Positions 1-10,802 of a DNA stretch of 64,000 nucleotides are shown in pieces. Origin of the DNA: Mantamonas sphyraenae STR306 (Eukaryota; Protista; CRuMs); NCBI GenBank assembly GCA_026936335.1, contig JAPMXV010000037.1, positions 124,001 to 188,000 of the forward strand. Reading direction: 5' to 3'. Both the position numbers and the translations under genes were made by a program. Position 1 is the stretch's first letter, and every line of letters starts with the position of its first letter. A model generated the notes under the pieces. The model had not been told where the DNA came from. It saw nothing but the letters and a program-made list of their open reading frames with translations, and did no database searches.

Positions 1-43
1 TGTGGGACGGACGCAGCGCGCCACCCTTCCCATTGAATCAAAC

Positions 44-1999
44 ATGTCCTCCAGCTCTCACTCGCAGCTGCAATCTCTGCTCAACGACGACGAGAGCCAG
101 GCCGAGACGGTGGTGAACCAGCTCCTGGGTGACCAGGAGGCGCAGGCGTCTGCTGTGGACGACGAGAACGCCATCAGCAATTCCTCGCTCAGCACAAACA
201 CACAGTCCACCGCCGAGGTGGGAATGTGCTGCGAGTGCGAAGACATGCCGTACGACGTGTACTGTGAACAGTGTGAGGACCACCTGTGCTCTGTCTGCTT
301 TGCCTCTCTGCATAGGCGAGGCAAGCGTGCAGGACACACCCGCACGCAGCTCGACGTTTCTGCTCGCCAAAACGGCACAGGCGACGCTTCCTCGTCCTCG
401 TCTTCCGCCAACGCATCCTCCAATGCCTCTTCTTCAGGCCATGCCATGGACGAAGAGCCTGTGTTTGCAGACGCCGAGGAGGAGGCCGAGTACAAACGGT
501 TGCATTCTTCCACCGCTTCGCTCATCAAGAACCCGTCTCGGGGCACGTTTGACCTTGCGCTGAGCAGCGGCATGAAGTCGATCATCGAGGCAGGCACCAA
601 CACCAACTTTGCGGAGCGTGTCAAGTACATTCCACTGCGCCTGACGATGCAGGAGCGCAAGGCGCTGAGGCTCCTGGAGGCGGCTGCCAATGTCTCGGAG
701 TACACAGACAAGATCGACATCCAAGTGTACCGCAACAAGGGCAAGCGCATCCAGGCCCAGATCCTGGAGATGTGTGCCATCCTCAGTGGCCTCCTTGTGG
801 CGGCCGACTACCGCCGCGGCCAGCGCCTGGTCAAGGACAAAGACTTTGCTGAGAACCAGGAGTTCTTCCAACAGATCTTTGAGGTGGGTCGTCGTCACAA
901 GGTGATGAACCCGGAAAAGATGCGCACGGCGTATGGCAAGCTGATCTACCTCTTGATGGACTCACAAATTCCGGCCATCAGCGACGTGCTGGAGTTTTCG
1001 TTGGTCAAGCCACTGGTCACCGTGGGGGTGTTCTTCAAGGAGAATGGCCTGGAGGAGCTTTTGGAGGAGGAACAAATGCTGACGGTGGCGACGGCGGAAA
1101 TCAGTCCGCACGGCCGCTCTCGCAACGAGATCCGAGGGATGATCCGCAACAAGGAGGCTGCCATCGACGCCCTTGCGTACAAGTATGCGGGTGGTGACGT
1201 GGATGAGGAGCAGATCAAGCAGTGTCTGTACAGCATCAGCGACAACAACTCGTTCCTTGCTTTCAATCGCGATCCGCTGGAGCGCATGATTGCGCTGATG
1301 GAGAAATACTTTGATGCAAGCGACTACGAACAGGGCTACTCGTTGGCCATCAGTGCCGGGCGCGGTGGAGCTCGCCTGTCGCACTCGCACCAGCGACAGT
1401 ATGCGTACGTGTCGCAGTCGCTGCACCTTTGGCACGACATCCTGGATGACATGTTCAAGCTCTGGGTGCTGACTGAGGAGGACCTGTTGGACCCGGAGAA
1501 CAGGTACAGCCTGCGCAACACGGGCCAGGGCCTCAACCGAGTCCAGTATGCACCGCGCATCCACAACGCCATGCGCAAGATCCTGCACACGTGCCAGCAG
1601 CGCGTTGGCACGTGGGTGGGCAGCTCGGTCATCCATCTGGGCGATCACAACGTGCCCTCGGCCCTCATGTTCATCGACAAGTACACGCAGGTGTCGCGCA
1701 TTGTCAACCCGATTGTCAACGTCATCGAGGAGCTGGGCAAGATGTGCGACAAGGACGATCAGATCAACGAGTATGTGGAGAATGCGTTTGGAGGCGTCGA
1801 GGCTGCACGAAAGCTCATCCTGGCCGACTTTTTCCGCTACGGTTTCGACGGCAGTGGATCCGACAACTGGATGGACGCAGGCAGCTGCATCGATGGCCGC
1901 CTCACCTCGGCCTGGAACTGGTGTTCCAAGATCGACAAGAAGTCGTACTATCCGCTGTTCAAGCTGTGTGGTTTCCAAGGATTCGATGGCGATTGGTGA
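44..1999 (+). CDS. B-box zinc finger + DUF2009 (UPF0652 family) protein
   Basis: N-terminal CxxC..CxxC..CxxC..H..H B-box (CCECEDMPYDVYCEQCEDHLCSVCFASLHRRGKRAGH). C-terminal DUF2009-type motifs (YIPLRLT..ERK.LRLLE, GARLSHSH.RQY, FDGSGSDN..DAGSCIDGRLTSAWNWC). First ATG is at 44. Confidence 0.88.
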   Translation: MSSSSHSQLQSLLNDDESQAETVVNQLLGDQEAQASAVDDENAISNSSLSTNTQSTAEVGMCCECEDMPYDVYCEQCEDHLCSVCFASLHRRGKRAGHTRTQLDVSARQNGTGDASSSSSSANASSNASSSGHAMDEEPVFADAEEEAEYKRLHSSTASLIKNPSRGTFDLALSSGMKSIIEAGTNTNFAERVKYIPLRLTMQERKALRLLEAAANVSEYTDKIDIQVYRNKGKRIQAQILEMCAILSGLLVAADYRRGQRLVKDKDFAENQEFFQQIFEVGRRHKVMNPEKMRTAYGKLIYLLMDSQIPAISDVLEFSLVKPLVTVGVFFKENGLEELLEEEQMLTVATAEISPHGRSRNEIRGMIRNKEAAIDALAYKYAGGDVDEEQIKQCLYSISDNNSFLAFNRDPLERMIALMEKYFDASDYEQGYSLAISAGRGGARLSHSHQRQYAYVSQSLHLWHDILDDMFKLWVLTEEDLLDPENRYSLRNTGQGLNRVQYAPRIHNAMRKILHTCQQRVGTWVGSSVIHLGDHNVPSALMFIDKYTQVSRIVNPIVNVIEELGKMCDKDDQINEYVENAFGGVEAARKLILADFFRYGFDGSGSDNWMDAGSCIDGRLTSAWNWCSKIDKKSYYPLFKLCGFQGFDGDW

Positions 2000-2059
2000 T
2001 TGAATGACGCAACTGTTCCCCTCCCCTCCCCCTCCCTCCTTCCCCTCTCTGTGCAGTGC

Positions 2060-3220
2060 TCACATGATTGTTTCCAACACCTGGGTGACCAGAGGTGGTG
2101 TGAGCAGAACGCGGCTGGATGCATACTGCTTGAGCTGGGTTTGTGCATCGGCAGATGCGTCCAGGTTCAACGCAGGGCGTCCAGGATCCTGATTCTGAAG
2201 TTGCACGCGACGTTGGAAACTCTGTCGGGGCTCAGTGACCAGTGTGTGGAGGAGATCGTTGTCCACTTCGTCTTCGTAGATCCACAAGGGCGGATGTTCG
2301 CTGGTGGCCGCACGGCGAGTCCAGGTGAACTGATTGCGTGCATACTGGCGTGTGGCACTTTGAAAGGCAGCCAAGAAGCGGTCAAAGCGACTGTGCAGCG
2401 ACTTCATGCTTGCTTGATCGCCCTTTGTGGCCAGCCAACGGACAAATTCCATGCCCTGGCGATAACCAATGGCACGTCCCGCGTTGGTATCCGGCAGCAG
2501 CTGCTGGGTGTCGACAAGAGCCTTGACCTCGGCAAGTAGACCCTGGATGACCATTCGTTCGCACCGTTCGTCGATGCGTCTGTACAGAGGGATGCGTGAG
2601 CGAGGGGCCAGGAAGATCTTGCGCACGTCCGCCTCGCCCCACAGGTCATCCTGTACCCTGCTTGCATCTGTGTTTGGGTTGCTGCCGCCCGACAGAATGG
2701 CTATTTCCAGGGCGCGTTGCAACCGATACGTGTCGTTTGCCTGCAGACGGTCCGCGGCGGTCCGATCCACCTCGCGCAGCCACGCCAGGCCCTTTTCCCA
2801 AGACCCCAGCTCGTCCAACTGGCGCCGTACGTCCTCCTTGACTTTAGCATCGGAAGGGGGTGTGTCGGGCAGTCCCAAGGTGAGGGCATCTGCATAGAAG
2901 CCCGCCCCGCCGACGACGAGGGCGTGCTGGCCGGAGTCGTGGCACGCCTGCAGGGCACGAGATGCCTCGTGACGAAAGTGGGCGACGGAATAGTCGTCCT
3001 GGGGCGAGGTGACATCGATGCAGTGGTGCACCACCTGGGCACGTTGGCGTGCAGTGGGTTTGGCGCTGCCAATGTCCAGGCCGCGATACACCTGCACCGA
3101 GTCGCAACTGATGATTTGAGCCTGGCCTTCCAAGCGTTGCTTTATAAATGAAAGTGCCAACGCAGTCTTTCCCACGCCTGTGGGACCGGTGATGAACAAG
3201 ACGGGCTTTTTGGAGGCCAT
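2060..3220 (-). CDS. miaA: tRNA dimethylallyltransferase (MiaA/IPT9-type, no C-terminal zinc finger)
   Basis: GPTGVGKT P-loop, DSVQVYRGLDIGSAKPT, VGGAGFY, RLQRALEI, AIGYRQ and TRQYARNQ.TW motifs. Start MASKKPVL at 3220. Confidence 0.93.
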   Translation of the reverse strand: MASKKPVLFITGPTGVGKTALALSFIKQRLEGQAQIISCDSVQVYRGLDIGSAKPTARQRAQVVHHCIDVTSPQDDYSVAHFRHEASRALQACHDSGQHALVVGGAGFYADALTLGLPDTPPSDAKVKEDVRRQLDELGSWEKGLAWLREVDRTAADRLQANDTYRLQRALEIAILSGGSNPNTDASRVQDDLWGEADVRKIFLAPRSRIPLYRRIDERCERMVIQGLLAEVKALVDTQQLLPDTNAGRAIGYRQGMEFVRWLATKGDQASMKSLHSRFDRFLAAFQSATRQYARNQFTWTRRAATSEHPPLWIYEDEVDNDLLHTLVTEPRQSFQRRVQLQNQDPGRPALNLDASADAQTQLKQYASSRVLLTPPLVTQVLETIM

Positions 3221-3246
3221 GGACGCAAGCGCAGTGTTTGGCTGCC

Positions 3247-4674
3247 TCAGATGGCGACCTTGCGCTTGGTCTTGGCCCAGGGCAAGGCAGCAATGCCAGC
3301 AGCACAGAGGATGAGAGAGGCGCCAGCCACGAGGGCAGCCTCGACAAACTGACCGGTGGCGTCGATGATTCCACCAAAGATGACGGGTCCGATGAGCGTG
3401 CCCAAACTGGACGACACGTACACTGTGCCAAGCTTGGTGCTTATTGAGGCCACCCCGAGGTATTCGGCGACCAGCGGAGGGATGAGGGCAATGTATGCGC
3501 CGCCAAAGATGCCGTAGAGGACCGCAAAGGCAAAAAGCAGGCCGATGTGGTTTGCAAAGGCCCACAGCGTCATGGTGGCCAATCCCATAACGGAAAGACT
3601 AAAGACCATCATGCGCAGGCGTGTGGTGAATCTGTCTGCACCATACCCGAGGATGATGCGACCGAGGGTCGAGCAGGCGCCCATGACAGAGAGCAAGGCA
3701 GCAGCGTCTTCGCGTGTGGCACCAATGTCCAGGGCTGTGCGTGCCAAGTGCACAAAAGGAGTCAAGTATCCGATGGACCCAATCATGCCGGAAAGGAGGA
3801 AGCAGACGACAACCGGATCCTGCAGCAGTTCCTGCACTCCGATCTCATCGTGGTCGCTGGATTTGCTCTTCTTGGACGGTTGCTCCGATGGTTCTTCACT
3901 CTCGCTTGATACGCCGTGCTTCACCCTTGCCGAGCGGCGTTGTTCGCGAACGGTGCGAATGTGGGCCGGGTAGCAAAAGGCCACAGCGCTGAGGGCAATG
4001 CCAGCCAGGGCCATGAAACCCAACACCAGCAAGGCTGGGCGCCAACCAAGGGTGGAGATGAGTTGTGCAGTGATGAAGGAGAGGGCAAGTGTGCCCACGC
4101 CGCTGCCGCTGACGCCGATGCCTGTGCCCACGCCACGCAATCGCTCAAAGTAGAGGGTGACCGACGTGATGGCAGGCACAAAGGACATGGAAAACCCAAT
4201 GCCCAGGAGCACGGAAAACAGGGTGAGCTGCCAGATCTCCGTGGAGGTGGAGGACAGCACGAGGGCACCGCATATGAGCACGGAGCCGGCTCCACACACT
4301 GCACGCATGCCAAAACGGTCGACAGCCTTGCCTGTAAAGACACCCATGCCCAACATGAGGGCAGAGGGTACGGTGGCCAGCCAGGAGACCTCGGCTCGTG
4401 TTGTTCCTGGGAATGCCACCAGATATTCCACGACAAAGAGCCCGATGGTGTATTGGATGCCCAAAACGAAAAAGTGGACCATGAAGCTGGCGGCCGAAAC
4501 GACCCACGCGTAGCCCTGGTCAACGTCGGGAAGGCTGGCATCGGCCTGGGAGGTGCTGCCGGGAGCGCTTGCCTCCGTTTCCGACGGGCTCTTGGCAACG
4601 GCTCCCGAAGAGGTGGGTTCAGAGGGCGGCTGGATGGCCGTCATTGGCACTACAGACGGAGGGTCTGTCTGCAT
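3247..4674 (-). CDS. MFS monocarboxylate transporter (SLC16/MCT family)
   Basis: PDVDQGYAWVV TM1 signature, about 12 hydrophobic helices, YFERLRG and GRIILGYGADRF loops. The start choice (MQTDPP) is approximate. Confidence 0.9.
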   Translation of the reverse strand: MQTDPPSVVPMTAIQPPSEPTSSGAVAKSPSETEASAPGSTSQADASLPDVDQGYAWVVSAASFMVHFFVLGIQYTIGLFVVEYLVAFPGTTRAEVSWLATVPSALMLGMGVFTGKAVDRFGMRAVCGAGSVLICGALVLSSTSTEIWQLTLFSVLLGIGFSMSFVPAITSVTLYFERLRGVGTGIGVSGSGVGTLALSFITAQLISTLGWRPALLVLGFMALAGIALSAVAFCYPAHIRTVREQRRSARVKHGVSSESEEPSEQPSKKSKSSDHDEIGVQELLQDPVVVCFLLSGMIGSIGYLTPFVHLARTALDIGATREDAAALLSVMGACSTLGRIILGYGADRFTTRLRMMVFSLSVMGLATMTLWAFANHIGLLFAFAVLYGIFGGAYIALIPPLVAEYLGVASISTKLGTVYVSSSLGTLIGPVIFGGIIDATGQFVEAALVAGASLILCAAGIAALPWAKTKRKVAI

Positions 4675-4741
4675 TGCAGGGTTGTGGGAGGAGCAAAGGT
4701 GCGGCACAGAGTTGCCCCGACCAGGGCAAGTTTTGCCAGGC

Positions 4742-6127
4742 ATGGATTTCATCTTTGGACGGCGCAACAGCAAGAATCTGACGGAAACGCAGGCTCTGTA
4801 TGTGAGGATGGGGGGAGAGAGGGAGGGAGAGAGAGACTGGTGCGAGGATGGCAGACAGAGGAAGAGGCTGACCAGGTGTGCGGAACAAAGGCGGGAGAAG
4901 CAGATCCAAAGTCTGAAGGCGATGCGTGGCGTTTCCGAGGTAGAGACGGACAGCAAGTATCACTTGCGCGTGACGGACTACATGTCACTGGAAATGTGAG
5001 TGGACGTGTGCAGGAGGAGGAGGAGGAGGAGCAGAAGGAGGAGAGGACGCGTGAGGAAGCGCGGCGAAAGTGGAAAATGGCGGCTGACGCAGAGTTCCCA
5101 CCGCCCGAAATCTGGCAGCTATCTGCCCGAGCGGTTCCCCGAGGAAGGGCCGATCATCACGTCGCTGGTGCCTGTACATCACCGGTGGATCCACCCGTAC
5201 ACGTTTGTGTTCCACGGCCCGGAGACGTTGAGGAAGTGGAGCGTGCACACAGACGTGGCGAGTTTGCTGAAGGAGATTGTGGACGATCTGAATCCGTCCG
5301 ACTTTGAGCTGAAGGACGGCGGGTCGGGCAACAGCAGCAACAGCAGCAACAACAACAACAACAACAACAACAACAACGGTTGGGGACAACGCAACAGCGG
5401 GAATCAGGGTGCAGGGTACCCTGGCGCAGGATACGGGTCAGATACAGGGAGCACAGGAAGCGCAAACACAACGTCGTCGAACGGCGGCAGCGGACGCGGA
5501 TCGTCCAACAGCCAGTCGTCTCGCATCCAAGTGTCGGACAAGGTGATCTCATTGCCCGAACTGGAGTCCAAGACGTCTGCAGAGCTGCAGGTGTTGCTGG
5601 AAGACGACGAGAGCTTCACGGCATTCTTTGAGAGCCTGGACAGGGTGCAGCAGATGAAATCCCTGCTGAGTGGACTGATTGAAGAGAACGAACAGCTGTC
5701 GGAAAGCACGATGGCACTGAAGGGGGAGGTGGAGGAGGTGGAAAACGAAATCGACGTGTTGCAGGCGCAGCTGCAGGAGCGCACCGACAACCTGGACATT
5801 GCCAGGGCGGAGCAGAGGGAAATCATGGAGCGCCTGTCTGTACAAAACATTGCACAGCAGCTGGGCAAGGCAGCAGAGGAGGCGGAGGAACAGAGCGACG
5901 AACTGAGCCAACAATTTCTGGACGAGGAGCTGGAGCTCAAGGACTTTATCAAATCCTACATGGCTGCACGAACCCAGTATTATGTGCGCAAGAGCAAAGT
6001 GGACCGTCTGCAGATGCAAATGATACAGGAGAGGCAGCAGAACAGGTCGCCGCACTCGGTGTCGAGTGTGAGCACAAACAGCCCCAACCCCAACCAGGGC
6101 GACCTGTTGCAGTTGCTGGGCGTGTGA
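4742..6127 (+). CDS. VPS37: ESCRT-I subunit VPS37 (N-terminal UEV-like + C-terminal Mod_r domain), 2 introns
   Basis: Exons joined at introns 4798-4890 and 4996-5118 give MDFIFGRR..REKQIQSL..IYLPERFPEEGP..HRWI. C-terminus L..LL.D..F..coiled coil..EEQSDELSQQFLD..FIKSYMAARTQYYVRK fits Mod_r. Confidence 0.85.
5331..5377 (+). repeat. coding (AGC/AAC)n microsatellite (poly-Ser/Asn) in VPS37
   Basis: acagcagcaacagcagc followed by an (aac)n run is seen directly. Confidence 0.85.
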
Positions 6128-6158
6128 AATTTGAACAAACAATGAAAGTGGACGGAGG

Positions 6159-6827
6159 ATGATGGAAGATGGAAGGAAGACAGAAATGCACAGTGCGCCA
6201 TCGGCGACAAACAACATGCGCGACCAGACGTTGTTGCGAGAAAACTCGTCTGCGAGCATGGGCTCGGGGGCAGGGTCGGATGAGGAGGACGCGATTCTGG
6301 AGTCGACAGCACGGTCACGAATCACAAAGTCGCGTGCTCGCAAGCGACGGGAGCTGCGTGCTCACCGTAGCAAGGACGGGAGCGACTCGGGGAGCGAGTC
6401 GGACGACGGGCGGAAAGGGACCAGCTCATCACGGCCGGCGGGAGCAAGCACAGTCAAGAGGAGGAAAGGAAAGACGGCAAGCGAGGAGGCAACGATGAAA
6501 GTGTATCAGTTTACGATTGTGGTGTACGCTGTGGCGGCTGTGCTTGCGCTGGGGGTACACCAGCTGCTGGAGTTGTTTGCAGGCAACCCGGCGCCCCTGC
6601 TGGCCGCCTTGTGTGTATCCATTGTGCTGTTTATGCTGTTGACGTGTGTGGAGCCCGTGTGGTTTGAGCGGTACTACGTTCTCATCCTGAGTTTCGGTCT
6701 GCCGTCGCTGTTTGTGTGTGCCGTGGGCGTCTTTATGTTCCGCAACTTTCCAAACATCTTCTGGCCCTACCTGGCGTTGGGCTTGCCCGTGACCAGTGTG
6801 ATCAGCGTGTATGTGTTTGTTGGGTGA
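6159..6827 (+). CDS. hypothetical membrane protein (disordered basic/acidic N-terminus + about 4 TM helices)
   Basis: 222-aa ORF with four consecutive hydrophobic segments at the C-terminus. It fills the gap between neighbours. No family recognised. Confidence 0.65.
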   Translation: MMEDGRKTEMHSAPSATNNMRDQTLLRENSSASMGSGAGSDEEDAILESTARSRITKSRARKRRELRAHRSKDGSDSGSESDDGRKGTSSSRPAGASTVKRRKGKTASEEATMKVYQFTIVVYAVAAVLALGVHQLLELFAGNPAPLLAALCVSIVLFMLLTCVEPVWFERYYVLILSFGLPSLFVCAVGVFMFRNFPNIFWPYLALGLPVTSVISVYVFVG

Positions 6828-6864
6828 CGAGAAATGTGCGCGCAGCACTCAGCAATACAAATCC

Positions 6865-8050
6865 ATGTCCGTTTCAGAGCTCACCTACGTGGAACTGGAC
6901 CCCAAGAGGACCAAACAGCGTTTTACGAGCACGCCACAGCTGTGTTTGGCAAGCGGGGTGGGTGGAACGCCGTACGCAGGGCCGAGAACGACCCAGAGTA
7001 CAGCGAGAGCCCTGTGTTTGTGGCCAAGGACGCACAAGGGGCGGTGGTGGCGTCGGCCAAGTTGTTCTCCCGCGCAGTCTATGTGCAAGGGGAGGTGTTG
7101 ACGATGTTGGGATTGGGCGAAGTGGCTACCAAAGAGGCGTACCGCGGCCAGGGGGTGGCCAGCACGCTGGTGCGCATGGCACAGGAGGCGGTGACGGCAC
7201 GCGGAGCACTTGTCAGCGGCCTGGGTGCCGTCCCGCGTGCCATGCCCGTGTATGCACGACAGGGGTGGCAAAGTGCACCGTTGGTGGATGTGCAAGGTGG
7301 TTTGGATGCCTGGCAAGAGTGGATTTTGGACGAGGAGGACGCAAGCAGCGGGCTGGAACACAGCGAGCTCTCGTTGGACGAGCGAGTCAGGAACAGCGTG
7401 TGGCGTTGAAAGATTTGTACAACGAGTATGCCAGTCAGTTCAACGGCACTGTACTGCGTACCCAGGAGTACGTAGATCGCTATTTGGTGGGTGAAGCCAC
7501 GGCTGACAAGCAGCGTGTGCATCTGCTCACCGACCCGGAGGAAGATGCTCTCCAGGCGTACATGATTGTCAAAACAACGCAAGACGACAATGAGACGCAG
7601 TCGGGTGACAGCAACGACCATGAGCGCGTGCGTGTCACAGTGCAGGAGTTTTGTGCAACCACAGTGCCTGCGCCCGAACACTTCCGTGCCCTGTTTGACG
7701 CCGTGGTGGCTCGCACCAAAGAGACGTATGGCGTATCGGATGACGCACAGGTGCACGTCAGCGTGCCTGCACCTGTGCTCTCGTTTGCATTGCAGCGAAG
7801 GGTGGACAAGGCACTGCAGCGCGCAGGCATCGATTGGAGGAGTGTCGACACTCCTCAGGACGTTGGGATCTTTCAAGGCGATGCACTCGTGGCTGCCATT
7901 GACGCATCTTGGATGTACTGGGCATCCCCCAAGATGGACGACCGGTTGGAGGAACACGAGGTGTCCACCGTCCCGGAGCTCTTTCTCAAGCCGCTGGTGG
8001 CCAAGGAACAGCTGTTTAGCCATTGTGTGTTCTACTTGGATCACTTCTGA
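6865..8050 (+). CDS. GNAT acetyltransferase, Eis-like tandem GNAT (two apparent frameshifts at ~6900 and ~7382)
   Basis: Motif A LGEVATKEAYRGQGVASTLV and VYARQGW in the 6834 frame. It continues as LYNEYASQFNGTVLRTQEY in the 6716 frame. The start MSVSELTYVELD is in a third frame. Confidence 0.75.
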
Positions 8051-8135
8051 ATGAAACCCTTGCATCGTTCGCCGCCACCTGGCATTCCCCCGTCCCCAAA
8101 TGCTCAGCCAACCAATTTTTCTGCCCCCCAACATC

Positions 8136-8875
8136 ATGAGCAGTTCCAGCAGCAGCTCCGATTCCACGGAATACATCCGTCTGTACAGTGCCGAGGATCA
8201 CGTGTTTATCATCGACAAGAAGACGGCCATGGTGTCGGCCACGCTCAAATCAATGCTCACTGGCCCCGGTACGCTTCCTTGGCGCACCTTCCCCGGCCTG
8301 CCCCACAGCCCATGCTGACCCGACCGCCCCCCTGCACATACCGTCACCGCGCTTGCTCGTCGTCCATGTCTTCTTACTCCTCACCACAGGCCAATTCCTC
8401 GAATCCAGCGGCGAGAGTGCGTTTTGCCAGCAGCCGACGTTTTGCAACTGCCACTTGGCATCACCCACAAACGCGCCCCTCACACGCTTTACCACACGCT
8501 TCGCCGATTCTCCCCATCTCGCCGTGGCCGCCCTCCCCCAACACACACACACACACACACTGTTACACCCCACAGTCAAGCTGCATGAGATTTCCACCAA
8601 GATTCTGGAGAAAGGTGAGCTCCAAGTGTGGCGGCGGTGGCCCTCTCTCTGGTGCGCCGCACGTTTCTGTGCCCCCACTGCTCACACACCCTCCCTGTTT
8701 CTTGCCATGCATGCTGCAAACACACAAACACACACACGCATACGCACACACAGTCATCCAGTACATGCACTACCGCCTCAAGTACACAAACAGCACCAGC
8801 GAAATCCCAGAGTTTACCATCGAGCCCGAGATCGCTCTCGAGCTCCTCATGGCCGCCAACTTTCTCGACACGTAA
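8136..8875 (+). CDS. ELOC: Elongin C, 3 introns
   Basis: Spliced product [33 protein letters not shown]|QFLESSGE|[13 protein letters not shown]|[40 protein letters not shown]. Introns are about 8269-8389, 8417-8575 and 8615-8753. Confidence 0.95.
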
Positions 8876-9020
8876 ACAGGCGCGGTCGGGCGCGCACAAA
8901 CGCAACACACAACCACCAATCCAATCAATCAATCCAATCTGGCAGCTCAAGTTTTGTTTGTTGTTTCTTCTTCTTCTTCCTGTCCTCAGGGGGTCGTCCT
9001 GTTGGCACACCGTCACTCAT

Positions 9021-10653
9021 TCATCCAAAGCGGAAGTGAAAGTTGCCTCCACCTCCACCAAAGTCGCCAAAGGGGAAACCTCCTCCCTGGAACGGGTTTC
9101 CACCGCCTCCCATCTGCTGCTCGTCCAGATCCTCGCCGCGATCATAGCGTCCACGCTTCTCCTCGTCGGTGAGGATTTCGTAGGCTTCGGTGATGTCGCG
9201 GAACTTCTTGACGGCTGCCTCGCGATTGTTGGGATGCTTGTCTGGGTGCTCGGTGCGTGCCAGCAACCGGTAGCGCTTCTTGATCTCCCGCTTGGTGGCC
9301 TGCTTGCTCACCCCCAGGATCTTGTAGTAGTTCTTGCGCTTGCTCAGACGCAATTGGTGCTGTGCATCGTGCAGTCCCTGTTGGATGTCTCCGTTGTTGG
9401 GCTCCTTGCTCTGCGCCTGGGTGTAGTCGTTCACTGCCTCCTCATACTCCTCCAACGCAAGTCGCGCCTTGGCCCGTTCCACCAGCGGTTCCCACCGCTC
9501 CGCATCGAGTTCCAAAGCACGGTTGCACGCCTCCACGGCCTCTTTGGCCTGGCCCAACTTGTTGTGTGCCCGGCACACATCCAGCTGCAGCTCCGCGTTG
9601 TGTTTCTTCAGCGTGGGGTCGACCTTCAGGGCCATGTCATACAACTCCAACGCTTCCCGGTATTTGCTGGCCTTGAAAGCCTCCCTGGCCTTGTCTGTGC
9701 GCTTCACCAGTTGCTTGATCTTCCGGTACGGTTTCTTCAGCTCCTTGTTGTCCGGATCGCCACGCAGTCCCGCACGCAGCGCATCCAATGCCTTTTCAAA
9801 CTCATTGCTGCGGTACAGCGCGGTGGATTTGATGAGGATGGCTTCGTTGAGGGCAGGTTGCATACGCACGACGGCGCTGGCGTCGGCCTGTGCCCCGTAG
9901 TTGTTGCCCAGCTCCAGGTAGGCCTTGGCACGCATGAGACGCAGGTCGATGCTGTTGCTGGCCACTTCCATGGCCTTGGTCAGCGAGTCGACAGCCGCCT
10001 GCCACTGCTTTCCGCCCATCTGTGACCTCGCTGCATCCAGGCTGCTCTGGCACAGGGCCACATCTTGAAGCTGCTTCTTGGCCGTGTCGTCGCTCCCGTC
10101 TGCCTTGAGTACAGCGCGTGCATCCTCTTCCGCCGTGTTCAGCAGCCCCTGCGCAAGCGCAATCTTGGCCCGAAGTTTTCGGGCCATGACGTAATCCGGG
10201 TTCAGCTCCACCACCCGGCTCAAATCGTGCAGTGCGCTGCGGTAGCGCTTTCCCAGTAGCGCCGCCGCAGCCCGCTTGTACCAATTGACGAAATTGTCCG
10301 CCTCGCCGTCTGCATGTGGGCAGTGTGAGCGTGCGGGACGCGAGTGTGTTTGTGTCAGCCGACATGTGCCTTTGGCCGCTTTCCGCCTGTGCGCCCCACG
10401 CCCTCCGAAACCCACCAATTGCCTCCGTAAATAACTTGATTGCTTCTGGGATCTTTCCTGCTGCCATTGCCTTGTCTCCCTCCACACGAGCCTCTGCCGC
10501 CGGCCGTGTCTTTGTCTCTGCGGCGTGGACAAGCGTGGTGGTCGTCGGTGACCACGCAGCCAGCGCCAGCACCACCACCACCAGCGACATCAGCACAGGC
10601 AGGCGCACGCGACTCAGCGACAACATTGGCTTCGTTTGGATGCCACGCAGCAT
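9021..10653 (-). CDS. DNAJC3: DnaJ homolog subfamily C member 3 (P58IPK): signal peptide, TPR repeats, J-domain
   Basis: Hydrophobic signal segment, multiple TPRs, NYYKILGV..HPDK..F.DI.EAYEIL.D.EKR..YD.GED and the G/F tail FHFRFG. One intron at ~10310-10414. Confidence 0.92.
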
Positions 10654-10771
10654 GTTTGTTGTTCAAGCTTGGGTGTTGATGAGACGCAGTTGCGTTTGCT
10701 CCGGCTGCGCCAAGCCCCATCGTTTCCCCCAAGGCCATACCTCGTGCAAACCCCAGCAACAACCTCTTTTG

Positions 10772-10798
10772 CACACACACACACACACACACACACAC
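10772..10798. repeat. (CA)n microsatellite in the DNAJC3/GATA divergent spacer
   Basis: A perfect CA run is seen directly. Confidence 0.9.
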
Positions 10799-10802
10799 AA
10801 CC

